Assembly (NCBI GenBank): GCA_965226685.1
Contig: CBDDDP010000004.1
Coordinates: 1,050,714 to 1,114,713, forward strand
Length of the DNA: 64,000 bases
Direction: 5' to 3'
From: Dehalococcoidia bacterium
Lineage (GTDB): Bacteria; Chloroflexota; Dehalococcoidia; Lucifugimonadales; Lucifugimonadaceae
The notes below the pieces were generated by a model that saw nothing but the letters and a program-made list of their open reading frames with translations, was not told where the DNA came from and did no database searches. Numbering within the stretch: the stretch's first letter is position 1; each line of letters begins with the position of its first letter. Positions 1 to 8,160 of this stretch are shown here, piece by piece. The position numbers and the translations under genes are program-made.

Positions 1-773
1 TTTCGGTTCGTATCGTTCAAAACGGCTTCCAGATCGAACGGTTCTGCCCATGAGTGCGTGGGACCGATTCGTTCTACTTCGATTTGTTTCCAATGATCCG
101 TTTCGTCAACAACGCCCCGACCGTAGACTTCGACGTATTTAGTCGCTAGTCGTTGCATCTCATCGCCGAGTTCGGGACGAAATGTGAGTCGTATGTACTT
201 GTCTGAATACCTGTGAAGTTGCGCGGTACAACGATCCCAGTTGACCTCAAGCAGCTTGCCTGCTAAGTGAGTTTCCAAGTTATCTTTGGGTTCAGGTATG
301 TCAACCTTCTTCTCCGTTGAACGCCGGAATTCGATACTACGGTTCTGGCTTGCGGACGTCATTTTTACGATGTCGACATCCGCGGATAGATCGTTTGCGA
401 TCTCGTTCAGTTCTGCTTCAACGGTTGGCGAAAGTTGCGTTATCTGACCGTCCGAGGCATCGCATTGATCAAATATCGATTGGACCGCACGCACGCCAGA
501 CCGGTTCAGATGCGGTTGAACGCCAACCGGAGGGGTGAGTTCCCATTCGGTCTTAACCGAACCGCTCGAAGTCCCGATTAATCGAAGCGTGCTTTGCTCG
601 ACCACGATTTGCGGCGGACGACCAAGCGTTGCGTCGATCCCTTCGAACTCGCGGATCAGCAACCTGATTGCGCGTTGAAGATGAGCAACGGTTTTTACCA
701 AGTCCTCGAACGGAACTCCGTGGTCGTTGATCAACGGCCCCTCGAAAATCAGGTTGATTTTGTTCTCGTTCAA
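1..773 (-). CDS. hypothetical protein, partial (runs off window start)
   Basis: The minus-strand frame is open from TTG at 773 (in-frame TGA at 774-776 just upstream) to the window edge, so it is absent from the ORF track. My translation starts (L/M)NENKINLIFEGPLINDHGVPFEDLVKTVAHLQRAIRLLIREFEG and continues about 257 codons without a stop. No family recognised. Confidence 0.4.
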   Translation of the reverse strand, partial: MNENKINLIFEGPLINDHGVPFEDLVKTVAHLQRAIRLLIREFEGIDATLGRPPQIVVEQSTLRLIGTSSGSVKTEWELTPPVGVQPHLNRSGVRAVQSIFDQCDASDGQITQLSPTVEAELNEIANDLSADVDIVKMTSASQNRSIEFRRSTEKKVDIPEPKDNLETHLAGKLLEVNWDRCTAQLHRYSDKYIRLTFRPELGDEMQRLATKYVEVYGRGVVDETDHWKQIEVERIGPTHSWAEPFDLEAVLNDTNR

Positions 774-895
774 TCAGCGTGCCCCAAGATCGCGAGCGTC
801 CTATCTCTCGTTTTAATTACTACGAAACCTGAGGATTGACGGACGCGTAGCGTTAACTTAACACAGCAACCTTTGCGTATTCACGGCGTCGTTTT

Positions 896-1870
896 TCAGT
901 AGCCGGCGACTTTGTCGCATTCGTAGATGAAGGGTTGGTTGGCTATGTAGCGGCGGAGGTTTTCTTTGAAGACTTCTCGGCGGCCGAGGTACATGTCGGG
1001 GACTAGGGCTGAGGCGTGGGGAGAGAAGATTACGTTTGGGGTGGTCCAGAGGAGGGAGTCGGGTTCTGGGGGTTCGGGTTCCATGGCGTCTAGGCCGGCG
1101 CCTGCTAGGTTGCCGTTGCGAATGGCTTCGCACATGGCTTGTTCGTCGACGATGCCGCCTCGGGAGATGATGATGATGTGTGCGGTTGGTTTCATGAGGG
1201 CGATGCGGCGTTTGTCGATAGAGTTCATCGTTTCGTTGGTGTATGGTGCGGCGACTACGAACCAGTCGGACATGGCGATGAGGTCGTCGAGTTTTTCTAG
1301 GCCCCATACCTCTTCGGCATGTTCGGATGGTCTGGGGAATTTGTCTACTGCGTAGACGTTCATGTCGAAGCCGGAGGCACGTTTGGCTACACCGCGTCCG
1401 ATGTTACCGAAGCCGTAGATGCCAAGGGTTGCGCCTTCGAGTTCGATCTGTCGCCATGCGTAGTCTGCTGGTCGCCACTCTCGGGCCATTTGTTGCGGCA
1501 ACATCTCGGGCAACCGCTGGGCTAGCGAGGTGATGAGCGCGAAGACGTGCGTAGCCATGGGGCTGACGTGGGATTCGCGGGAGTTGGTTACGGGGATGTC
1601 GGATTCGACGAGTTCGGGTATCTTCATGATCCCGTCAATGCCAGTGCCGGCACAGTGGATCCATTTGAGGTTATTGGCGGCGAGGAACACCTTGCGCGTG
1701 GGCCAACCGCAGTATGCATCGGCGTCTTCGATGGCGATGAGCTGGTCTTCCTCGGTTTGGCACCAGACGAAATTGACGTCGGGGAAGGTTGCTTCGAGGT
1801 CGCGGAGGACGGCGTCTTCGGGTTCGCCGGGGGCTACGCCGCCGGGCATGGGGGTCATTACTACTTTCAT
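896..1870 (-). CDS. D-isomer-specific 2-hydroxyacid dehydrogenase family protein (NAD-binding)
   Basis: 324-aa ORF with Rossmann motif GIYGFGNIGRGVAKRA, then IISRGGIVDE and VIFSPHAS, typical of the PGDH/GyaR-like family. Substrate not assignable. Confidence 0.85.
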   Translation of the reverse strand: MKVVMTPMPGGVAPGEPEDAVLRDLEATFPDVNFVWCQTEEDQLIAIEDADAYCGWPTRKVFLAANNLKWIHCAGTGIDGIMKIPELVESDIPVTNSRESHVSPMATHVFALITSLAQRLPEMLPQQMAREWRPADYAWRQIELEGATLGIYGFGNIGRGVAKRASGFDMNVYAVDKFPRPSEHAEEVWGLEKLDDLIAMSDWFVVAAPYTNETMNSIDKRRIALMKPTAHIIIISRGGIVDEQAMCEAIRNGNLAGAGLDAMEPEPPEPDSLLWTTPNVIFSPHASALVPDMYLGRREVFKENLRRYIANQPFIYECDKVAGY

Positions 1871-2037
1871 GGCGGGGTTCCTTTGGGTGAATGGAGTGAC
1901 TCAGGTTGATAGGTAATTTAGCAGGCGGAAGGGTGTACGACGTGTGTGGACGGATTTGTGAGATTGAGCGGTACGAGCCCCCTTTGTCCTTCGGACATTT
2001 CCCCCGCAAGCGGGGGCAACCTTGCTGCTCCGCGACC

Positions 2038-2511
2038 CTACCGGCGGCGCACAGACTGCTCCTTCCCCCGCATCCACTCGTCGTGGGGCGGGACGTTCTC
2101 GCCGATGACGTAGAGGAAGAAGTAGCTTCCGGTGTCGCCGAGGAATTTGAACTGCTTCTTCAAGTCTTTGACGATGTCGTAGAAGTCGCCGTGGGAGCGG
2201 AGGTAGTTGCGGAAGTCCCCGTGTTCGGCGTCGAGTTCGATGATACGTTGTGCGTTGTGGACGATGGCGGCGAGTTTGCGTCGGTTACGGATTACGCGAG
2301 TGTCGTGTGCGAGTTCTTCGAGTTCCTCGTCGGAGAGGGATGCCACTCGGCCGATTTCGAAACCGTGAAAAGCTTCGTTGGTGTCGGGCCACTTGGCGTT
2401 GACGACTTGCCAGGACATGCCGCTCTGGAAGACGGCTTTGCTCATAACTTCTAGATAGTCATTTAGGGATTTGACATCGACTTGCGGCGGGGCACCTTTT
2501 TCAGCGGGCAT
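2038..2511 (-). CDS. DNA-3-methyladenine glycosylase I-like (Tag/Adenine_glyco family)
   Basis: ORF 2038-2613; the best start is ATG at 2509-2511 (MPAEKG...). EVMSKAVFQSGMSWQVVNAKW and VIRNRRKLAAIVHNA match the Tag family core. The N-terminal YHDxEWG/zinc segment of E. coli Tag is absent. Confidence 0.7.
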   Translation of the reverse strand: MPAEKGAPPQVDVKSLNDYLEVMSKAVFQSGMSWQVVNAKWPDTNEAFHGFEIGRVASLSDEELEELAHDTRVIRNRRKLAAIVHNAQRIIELDAEHGDFRNYLRSHGDFYDIVKDLKKQFKFLGDTGSYFFLYVIGENVPPHDEWMRGKEQSVRRR

Positions 2512-2654
2512 TTGGGTGGTTCTTTCTGGCGGAATGGCGGGAGAGGCGGTGCGGTTTGGTGAGCGGTTCAAGTTTACATATGGGGTTGCGCGGGTAAAAT
2601 GCTTGTTGCGCACATGCCGCTTGACTATGACGTGAACCTAGTTGGACATTCATC

Positions 2655-3818
2655 ATGCCGAACATCAATAAGCTGAAAGCACTTTCGGGCCAATCTGCAA
2701 TTGTGGGCGTCGCCGAATCTGACCAGATCGGAAATGTGCCGGGCAAGTCGCCGTTGGCGCATCATGCTGAGGCTGCTATCAATGCGCTGGACGATGCTGG
2801 GCTATCGCTTTCGGATGTTGATGGATTGATGACGGCTGGTTGGTCGACCTTGGATGTTGGGGAATATCTGGGGATACAGCCGAGGTTCACGGACAGCACG
2901 TCGGTTGGCGGCTCGTCGTTCGTTATCCATATTGCGCACGCGATTGCGGCGATTCAGGCGGGGTATTGTGAGGTTGCGCTGATCACGCATGGTCAGGCTG
3001 GTCGGAGCGATCGTTCACCGGCGGGGGCGAACCTGGGGACGCCGCAGAACCAGTACGAGCGTCCGTATGGGATCATTGGTCCACCGGCGTCGTATGCGAT
3101 GGCTGCCCGGCGTTACATGCACCAGTACGGCGAAGAGCGGACGCGTGAGGCGATGGCAAATATCGCGGTGTCGACTCGCAAGTGGGCGAACATGAACGAG
3201 AAGGCGTACTTCTACGACCGTCCGGCGACGTTTGACGACTACCACGATTCGCGTTGGATCGTTTGGCCGTTCCACCTTCTGGACTGTTGTCTGGTGACGG
3301 ATGCGGGCGCTGCGATTGTGGTGACTACGGCGGAGCGGGCGAAGGACTGTGCAAAGGGTGGCGTGAAGGTACTCGGTGCGGCTGAGGGTCATGACCACTC
3401 GATGATTTCGCAGATGCCGGACCTGACGCGGGCGTTCGGTCGGAACACGGGTGAACAGGCGTTGTCGATGGCTGGGGTTTCGCACTCGGATCTAGATCTG
3501 ATGATGATCTACGACTCCTTCACTTACACGGTGTTGGTTTCGTTGGAAAATCTCGGGTTCTGTGCGCCGGGTGAAGGTCCGGAATTGGTAGCTAACCAGC
3601 GGACGGCGCCGGGCGGCGACTTTCCAGTGAACACGTCTGGTGGTGGCTTGTCGTACACGCATCCGGGGATGTACGGGATATTCACCGTGGTCGAGGCGGT
3701 TCGGCAGTTGCGCGGGGAGACTGGCGAGCGGCAGTTGGATGATTGCAACTTGGCGGTGGCGCACGGGACTGGTGGCTACCTGTCGTCGACGGGGACAGTG
3801 ATCTTGGCGTCGCCTTAG
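2655..3818 (+). CDS. thiolase-fold protein (SCP-x/lipid-transfer-protein-like), catalytic cysteines absent
   Basis: 387 aa. Thiolase C-terminal signature NTSGGGLSYTHPGMYG is present. The nucleophile position reads SVGGSSFVIHIAHAIAAIQAG (no Cys) and the C-terminal CxGGG position reads AHGTGGYLSSTG (no Cys). Confidence 0.8.
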   Translation: MPNINKLKALSGQSAIVGVAESDQIGNVPGKSPLAHHAEAAINALDDAGLSLSDVDGLMTAGWSTLDVGEYLGIQPRFTDSTSVGGSSFVIHIAHAIAAIQAGYCEVALITHGQAGRSDRSPAGANLGTPQNQYERPYGIIGPPASYAMAARRYMHQYGEERTREAMANIAVSTRKWANMNEKAYFYDRPATFDDYHDSRWIVWPFHLLDCCLVTDAGAAIVVTTAERAKDCAKGGVKVLGAAEGHDHSMISQMPDLTRAFGRNTGEQALSMAGVSHSDLDLMMIYDSFTYTVLVSLENLGFCAPGEGPELVANQRTAPGGDFPVNTSGGGLSYTHPGMYGIFTVVEAVRQLRGETGERQLDDCNLAVAHGTGGYLSSTGTVILASP

Positions 3819-3861
3819 GTCGTCGCAAGAGTCCTCTCAAAATCAAACTTAGAATGGGTGC

Positions 3862-5142
3862 ATGTCGGAAGGTGACGCACCCCAAGTTGGGGATTCAACT
3901 GACAGCGATCCTCAATTCGTAAAACGGATTCGGCGCGAGATCGAAGTTTGGCGGTCCGAGGGGATTATTTCGTCGGAAGTCGCGGTAACCCTTGCTGGTC
4001 GTTACGGGGATTCGGAGGAAGACGGGCGTCCATTCGCGTTGAATCGGCTATCTGCGGCGATCGTGATCTTCGGGGCGATCTTGGTTGGGCTCGGCGTTAT
4101 TGCGATATTAGCAGCGAACTGGGATGCCATATCGGACATGGCGAAGATCGGTGTGATGGTCTTGGCGACGACGACCGCGTATGTTGTGGGGTGGTTGCTC
4201 GCGTACCGTTTCGAGTCGCCTCGCACTGGAATCGCGGTAATCCTGCTTGGTGCGATCATTTATGGCGCATCGATCCATCTCATTGCTCAGGCATTCAACG
4301 TAGAAGTGAACCATCCATTGCTGATGCCAGCGTGGTTCCTCGGTGTGGTACCGATTGCTTATGTCACTCGCTCGGTTGCGATTTTGGTGCTGTCGATGAT
4401 CTTGTTGCTCGTATCGCTTGGCTTCCGTATGCAGGTTTGGTTCGTGGAGGAGTTTGCGAACGCCGATGATGGCGCGGTGCTCATGGTGGTGGTCGCCGCG
4501 TATGTGATGTTTGGCGCGGTGTTGTTTGCTCTAGGACGCGTTCATGCGAGATGGGGCTACTATCAAAACTTCACCCGTTACTTTGATGTGTTCGGAATCG
4601 GAACCGCCACGGTTGGTACTTATGCATTGAGTTTCGCGTCGGCGTGGAGGACCATTGATCGCGTTGAGCTACGAGATTTTATGCCGGAGTCTTGGATCAC
4701 TTTTGTGGTTGCGGTGGTGGTGATGGCGCTTGCTTTGGCGGTGGCGTATCAGCGACGCGGGAGTGGTGCCAACGATTCTGTGCGATGGATTTGGATCGCG
4801 TCAGGCACGCTCGTGATGTGCGGCATCGCGATCGCTACTTGGATTGCGTTATTGGCAGATGCGTCTTGGTTCTGGATTCCCATAAACCTGATCATTTTGA
4901 TCAGTATTATTGCGATGTTGACGGCTGGTTTCCGATTCAATCGGGCGTATCTGGTCAATACCGCGTTCATCCTGTTCGGCGTTACGGTGATGACGCGATA
5001 CTTCGAGTTTGGGTTCGGCCTGTTTGATCAAGGGTTGGCGTTCATCGTCACGGGCGTATTGTTGCTGGGGATCGGGTTCGGGCTCGAGCGTCTGCGGCGC
5101 GGCATGATTCGCGATATGCACGAACGGGTGTCGGCGCCATGA
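3862..5142 (+). CDS. polytopic membrane protein, DUF2157/DUF4401-like
   Basis: 426 aa: a soluble N-terminal ~60 aa followed by about 10 hydrophobic helices. Its stop overlaps the next start (ATGA at 5139-5142), and it is paired with a GDYXXLXY protein as is usual for this family. Confidence 0.65.
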   Translation: MSEGDAPQVGDSTDSDPQFVKRIRREIEVWRSEGIISSEVAVTLAGRYGDSEEDGRPFALNRLSAAIVIFGAILVGLGVIAILAANWDAISDMAKIGVMVLATTTAYVVGWLLAYRFESPRTGIAVILLGAIIYGASIHLIAQAFNVEVNHPLLMPAWFLGVVPIAYVTRSVAILVLSMILLLVSLGFRMQVWFVEEFANADDGAVLMVVVAAYVMFGAVLFALGRVHARWGYYQNFTRYFDVFGIGTATVGTYALSFASAWRTIDRVELRDFMPESWITFVVAVVVMALALAVAYQRRGSGANDSVRWIWIASGTLVMCGIAIATWIALLADASWFWIPINLIILISIIAMLTAGFRFNRAYLVNTAFILFGVTVMTRYFEFGFGLFDQGLAFIVTGVLLLGIGFGLERLRRGMIRDMHERVSAP

Positions 5143-5645
5143 GTCGCAACCTCACGATCGTTTTCTTAGCCGTCGTTGCTTTGCAGATGATTGGTTTGGT
5201 GACGTTCGCCGCGGTTAAGCAGTATGTCGCTGCGACCGGAACTGAAGTGGTTTTGCAAGGGGCGCCGGTGGATCCTCGGTCTTTGATGCAAGGCGACTAC
5301 GCGATTCTTGAGTATGAGATTGCGAGCATACCTGAGGAATTGATGGCCGATTTCGCCTCTGGTGACGACGTGATCGTGGTGTTGGTGAACCGTGGGTCGG
5401 TCTGGGAGGGATCCCGGTATTTGACCAATGACCTCTCGCCCAAGCGAAATGACCAAGTCTTCATTCGTGGCGAGATGCAGTCGAACGGGAGGATCGATTT
5501 TGGGATTGGGACGTATTTCGTGCCGGAGGGTACTGGGCAGGAGATTGAGCGGGCGCGGGATTTGAAGATTCGGGTTTCGGTAAATGAGGACGGGGATGCG
5601 ACGGTTTTGGGTGTGATTGTGGATGGCGAGGATTTTGATCGTTGA
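5139..5645 (+). CDS. GDYXXLXY domain-containing membrane-anchored protein
   Basis: 168 aa: an N-terminal TM helix (IVFLAVVALQMIGLVTFAAV) followed by the literal signature MQGDYAILEY. Confidence 0.8.
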   Translation: MSRNLTIVFLAVVALQMIGLVTFAAVKQYVAATGTEVVLQGAPVDPRSLMQGDYAILEYEIASIPEELMADFASGDDVIVVLVNRGSVWEGSRYLTNDLSPKRNDQVFIRGEMQSNGRIDFGIGTYFVPEGTGQEIERARDLKIRVSVNEDGDATVLGVIVDGEDFDR

Positions 5646-5704
5646 TGTTATAGCGACAATCGGAGGAGTCAGTTTTCATAGCTTCATCTTCGCCAATTGG
5701 TCGA

Positions 5705-6271
5705 TTGAAGGGTGTTGTGGTTGCAATAGCCAGCATGGTCGTTGCGGTTGTTGCGGTTTTGTTCATAGTTACTTTGTTTGCCGGCAAGCTTCCGGACGCA
5801 TTGGAGTCGCTTCGAGGTCCGACGGTTTTTGTGCGGGAATTTCCGAGGGAGTGTAACGTCCACTTGGGGGATTGGGTATTGGGGGATTGGGTAAAGGAGT
5901 ACGGTCGCCGCGATGGTGGGGTCGTTTGGCTCGGTACACAATCCGACATGAACGCTTGCGCTGAGAAGTTCTTTCCGGGATCTTCCAAATTCAGAGACAA
6001 TCCGTTAAGGATGATGGACATCCGGATACCGCTTAGGTCGGCGGATGAGGAAGCGCCGGTGATCACCCTCGAGGTCTGTGACCCGTTCTATGCGGATGCT
6101 ATGGTGTTTGATGAATCCACTTCGGAATGGGTGTTGGTATTCGAAGGCGACGCGGATGACATGAGGACGTGTAGCGATTCGAGCCGTAATCCGACTATCA
6201 CAAAGTTGAAGATTCGAGGCAGGTTGGTAGATCACCCGTTCAGGTTCGTCACGGCTACACCGACGCCTTGA
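5705..6271 (+). CDS. hypothetical membrane-anchored/secreted protein
   Basis: 188-aa ORF (TTG start) with an N-terminal hydrophobic helix VVVAIASMVVAVVAVLFIVTLFAG. Contains 4 Cys. No family recognised. Confidence 0.4.
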   Translation: MKGVVVAIASMVVAVVAVLFIVTLFAGKLPDALESLRGPTVFVREFPRECNVHLGDWVLGDWVKEYGRRDGGVVWLGTQSDMNACAEKFFPGSSKFRDNPLRMMDIRIPLRSADEEAPVITLEVCDPFYADAMVFDESTSEWVLVFEGDADDMRTCSDSSRNPTITKLKIRGRLVDHPFRFVTATPTP

Positions 6272-6334
6272 CTGTGGAGGCGGAAATGCACAGATAATAT
6301 GGGAGGAGATTGGCGCGAAAGGAAGGTGTTAGCG

Positions 6335-6451
6335 ATGGATCAATCTAAGTTGGCGCAAGTAATACGACTGGTGGGAGTAATGATTGCGCTCGCCGTCACG
6401 TTGGGTTTTATTGTCATCATTCTTGCGGTTTTCGCTCTCGCTGGTGGGTGA
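6335..6451 (+). CDS. putative 38-aa single-pass membrane peptide
   Basis: Hand-found and below the ORF-track cutoff. ATG at 6335 is preceded by GGAAGGTG (6321-6328). Translation: MDQSKLAQVIRLVGVMIALAVTLGFIVIILAVFALAGG, stop TGA at 6449-6451. Confidence 0.3.
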   Translation: MDQSKLAQVIRLVGVMIALAVTLGFIVIILAVFALAGG

Positions 6452-6596
6452 TCGGGCTTCGTTGATGGCATCGGTTTCTTGCCGCCGTCGCCTTAATGTC
6501 CATGGCATTGGGTGTCATGTCACCGCGATGCGCGGTTACAATCTACACACGACTTGACGCCTCTGAAAGGGACCGTTTCTGCGGAGGGAACCCACT

Positions 6597-7016
6597 ATGA
6601 CGACTGATGCGCCTGCACGACCTGAGCCGGTATCGCAGCCGGAATCTGACCGCTATTGGGAATGCGCCCGTAATGGGGAGCTTTGGTTGCAGAGGGACAA
6701 GGCGACGGGCGAATATCAGTTCTACCCTAGGGCTTTCAGTTTGGCGACGCCGGGTGGCGACGTTGAGTGGGTGAAGGCGTCGGGGAACGCGACGTTGCAC
6801 ACGTTTGGGATCGTGCACATCCCGCCGCATCCCGGTTTCATGGCCGAGGTGCCGTACATCACGGCGATTGTGGAGTTGGAGGAAGGTCCGAGGATGGCGA
6901 CGAACATCGTGGGTGTGGATCCTGAGCCGGAAAATCTGGAAATTGGGATGGCATTGAAGGTGGTCTTCACGAAGATCAGCGACGACTATACGTTGCCGAA
7001 CTTCACGCCTGCTTGA
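6597..7016 (+). CDS. DUF35 OB-fold protein (thiolase/acyl-CoA-associated), zinc ribbon degenerate
   Basis: 139 aa. GNATLHTFGIVHIPPHPGF...YITAIVELEEGPRMATNIVGVD...GMALKVVF is the DUF35 OB fold. The N-terminal region has a single Cys (YWECARNGELWLQRDKATGEYQFYPR) instead of the CxxC...CxxC knuckle. Confidence 0.8.
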   Translation: MTTDAPARPEPVSQPESDRYWECARNGELWLQRDKATGEYQFYPRAFSLATPGGDVEWVKASGNATLHTFGIVHIPPHPGFMAEVPYITAIVELEEGPRMATNIVGVDPEPENLEIGMALKVVFTKISDDYTLPNFTPA

Positions 7017-7118
7017 TGCCCTTACGGGCGGCCCGTTCTTAAACTCCCATTGGCGGGAGACGGGAATGGATCGAGAAAGAGGGATTAGTGCGCCCGGGTA
7101 TTCGGGGGCATTTCGCGT

Positions 7119-7142
7119 GTTGCACAATTTAGGTATTGTTGC
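7119..7142. promoter_or_regulatory. imperfect AT-centred palindrome upstream of argF (possible ARG-box-like operator)
   Basis: GTTGCACAATTTAGGTATTGTTGC: arms GCACAAT / ATTGTTGC with one extra base, about 40 nt upstream of the argF start. No argR gene in the window. Confidence 0.2.
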
Positions 7143-7182
7143 GCTTCGTTTTTTCCGTGGCGCTTGATCTGAGGACCCCGTG

Positions 7183-8100
7183 ATGAACAGGCACTTTTTG
7201 AGGTTTCGCGACCTACCACCGGCGGAGATATCTCCGTTGCTGTACCGGGCGATCGAGCTCAAGAGCGGTGCTGAGAGTCGAGCGTTGTCGGGGAAGTCGG
7301 TGGCGTTGTTATTCGAGAAGCCTTCGCTGAGGACTAAATTGTCGTTCTGGGTTGGTGCGGAGAAGCTTGGTGCGAAGCCGGTGTACTTTTCGCCGGAGGA
7401 GGTAGGACTTGGTAAGCGCGAGCCGGTTGCTGATGTTGCGAAGGTGATTGCGAGCATGGCGGATATGGCTGTGGTTCGCACGTTCGCACAGGCTACACTG
7501 GATGAGTACGGCGAAAACAGCGATGTTCCGGTGATCAACGCTCTCACCGACGGCGAGCATCCATGTCAGGCGTTGGCCGACGTGATGACGATGTTGGAGA
7601 TACGCGGATATCTGGACGAAGTGCGCGTGGCGTTCATCGGGGATGGGAACAACGTGGCCGCGAGTTTGGCCTACGCTATCGCGGGACTCGGTGGGACGAT
7701 AGTTATCGCATCGCCGTTCGGGTATGAGTTGCAGTATGGAACTCGGGTTGACGCAGCGAATTTCACGTCCGGGTTGGCGAAGATGGTGAGCGTGATACAG
7801 ATGCGCGACCCGATCGAGGCTACGCGGCACGCTGATTTTGTGTACACCGACGTTTGGACTAGCATGGGGCAAGAGGCTGAGACGGCTCAACGGTTGAAGG
7901 ATTTTCAGGGCTACCAGGTGAATCCCGAGCTGATGGCGAAGGCGAAGCCGCAGGCGAGGTTCATGCACGACATGCCGGCACACCCGGGCGAAGAGGTCTC
8001 GGAGGACATGATGTCGCATCCGTCATCGGTCGTGTACCAGCAAGCCGAGAATCGCATGTGGGCGCAGATGGCTCTGATGGAGCACATCGTCGCCAGTTAG
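7183..8100 (+). CDS. argF: ornithine carbamoyltransferase
   Basis: Motifs SLRTKLSF (STRTR-like), HPCQALAD and DVWTSMGQE are present; the HCLP motif reads HDMP. ATG 7183 sits 7 nt after GAGGA (7171-7175); the ORF track starts at GTG 7180. Confidence 0.85.
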   Translation: MNRHFLRFRDLPPAEISPLLYRAIELKSGAESRALSGKSVALLFEKPSLRTKLSFWVGAEKLGAKPVYFSPEEVGLGKREPVADVAKVIASMADMAVVRTFAQATLDEYGENSDVPVINALTDGEHPCQALADVMTMLEIRGYLDEVRVAFIGDGNNVAASLAYAIAGLGGTIVIASPFGYELQYGTRVDAANFTSGLAKMVSVIQMRDPIEATRHADFVYTDVWTSMGQEAETAQRLKDFQGYQVNPELMAKAKPQARFMHDMPAHPGEEVSEDMMSHPSSVVYQQAENRMWAQMALMEHIVAS

Positions 8101-8160
8101 ATTCGCAACGATTGATCTCGTTTAATTTCGGTCGATTGAGCACTTGCAACACCAATCACG

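Noticed and set aside
2001-2016. CCCCCG-caag-CGGGGG hairpin as the terminator of the Tag-like gene
   Set aside because: The stem is only 6 bp and no U-tract follows on either strand. It is too weak to call.
6543-7547. 334-aa minus-strand ORF spanning the DUF35 gene, the spacer and the argF start
   Set aside because: Arg/Ser/Pro-rich composition typical of an antisense frame in GC-rich DNA. It overlaps two well-supported plus-strand genes.
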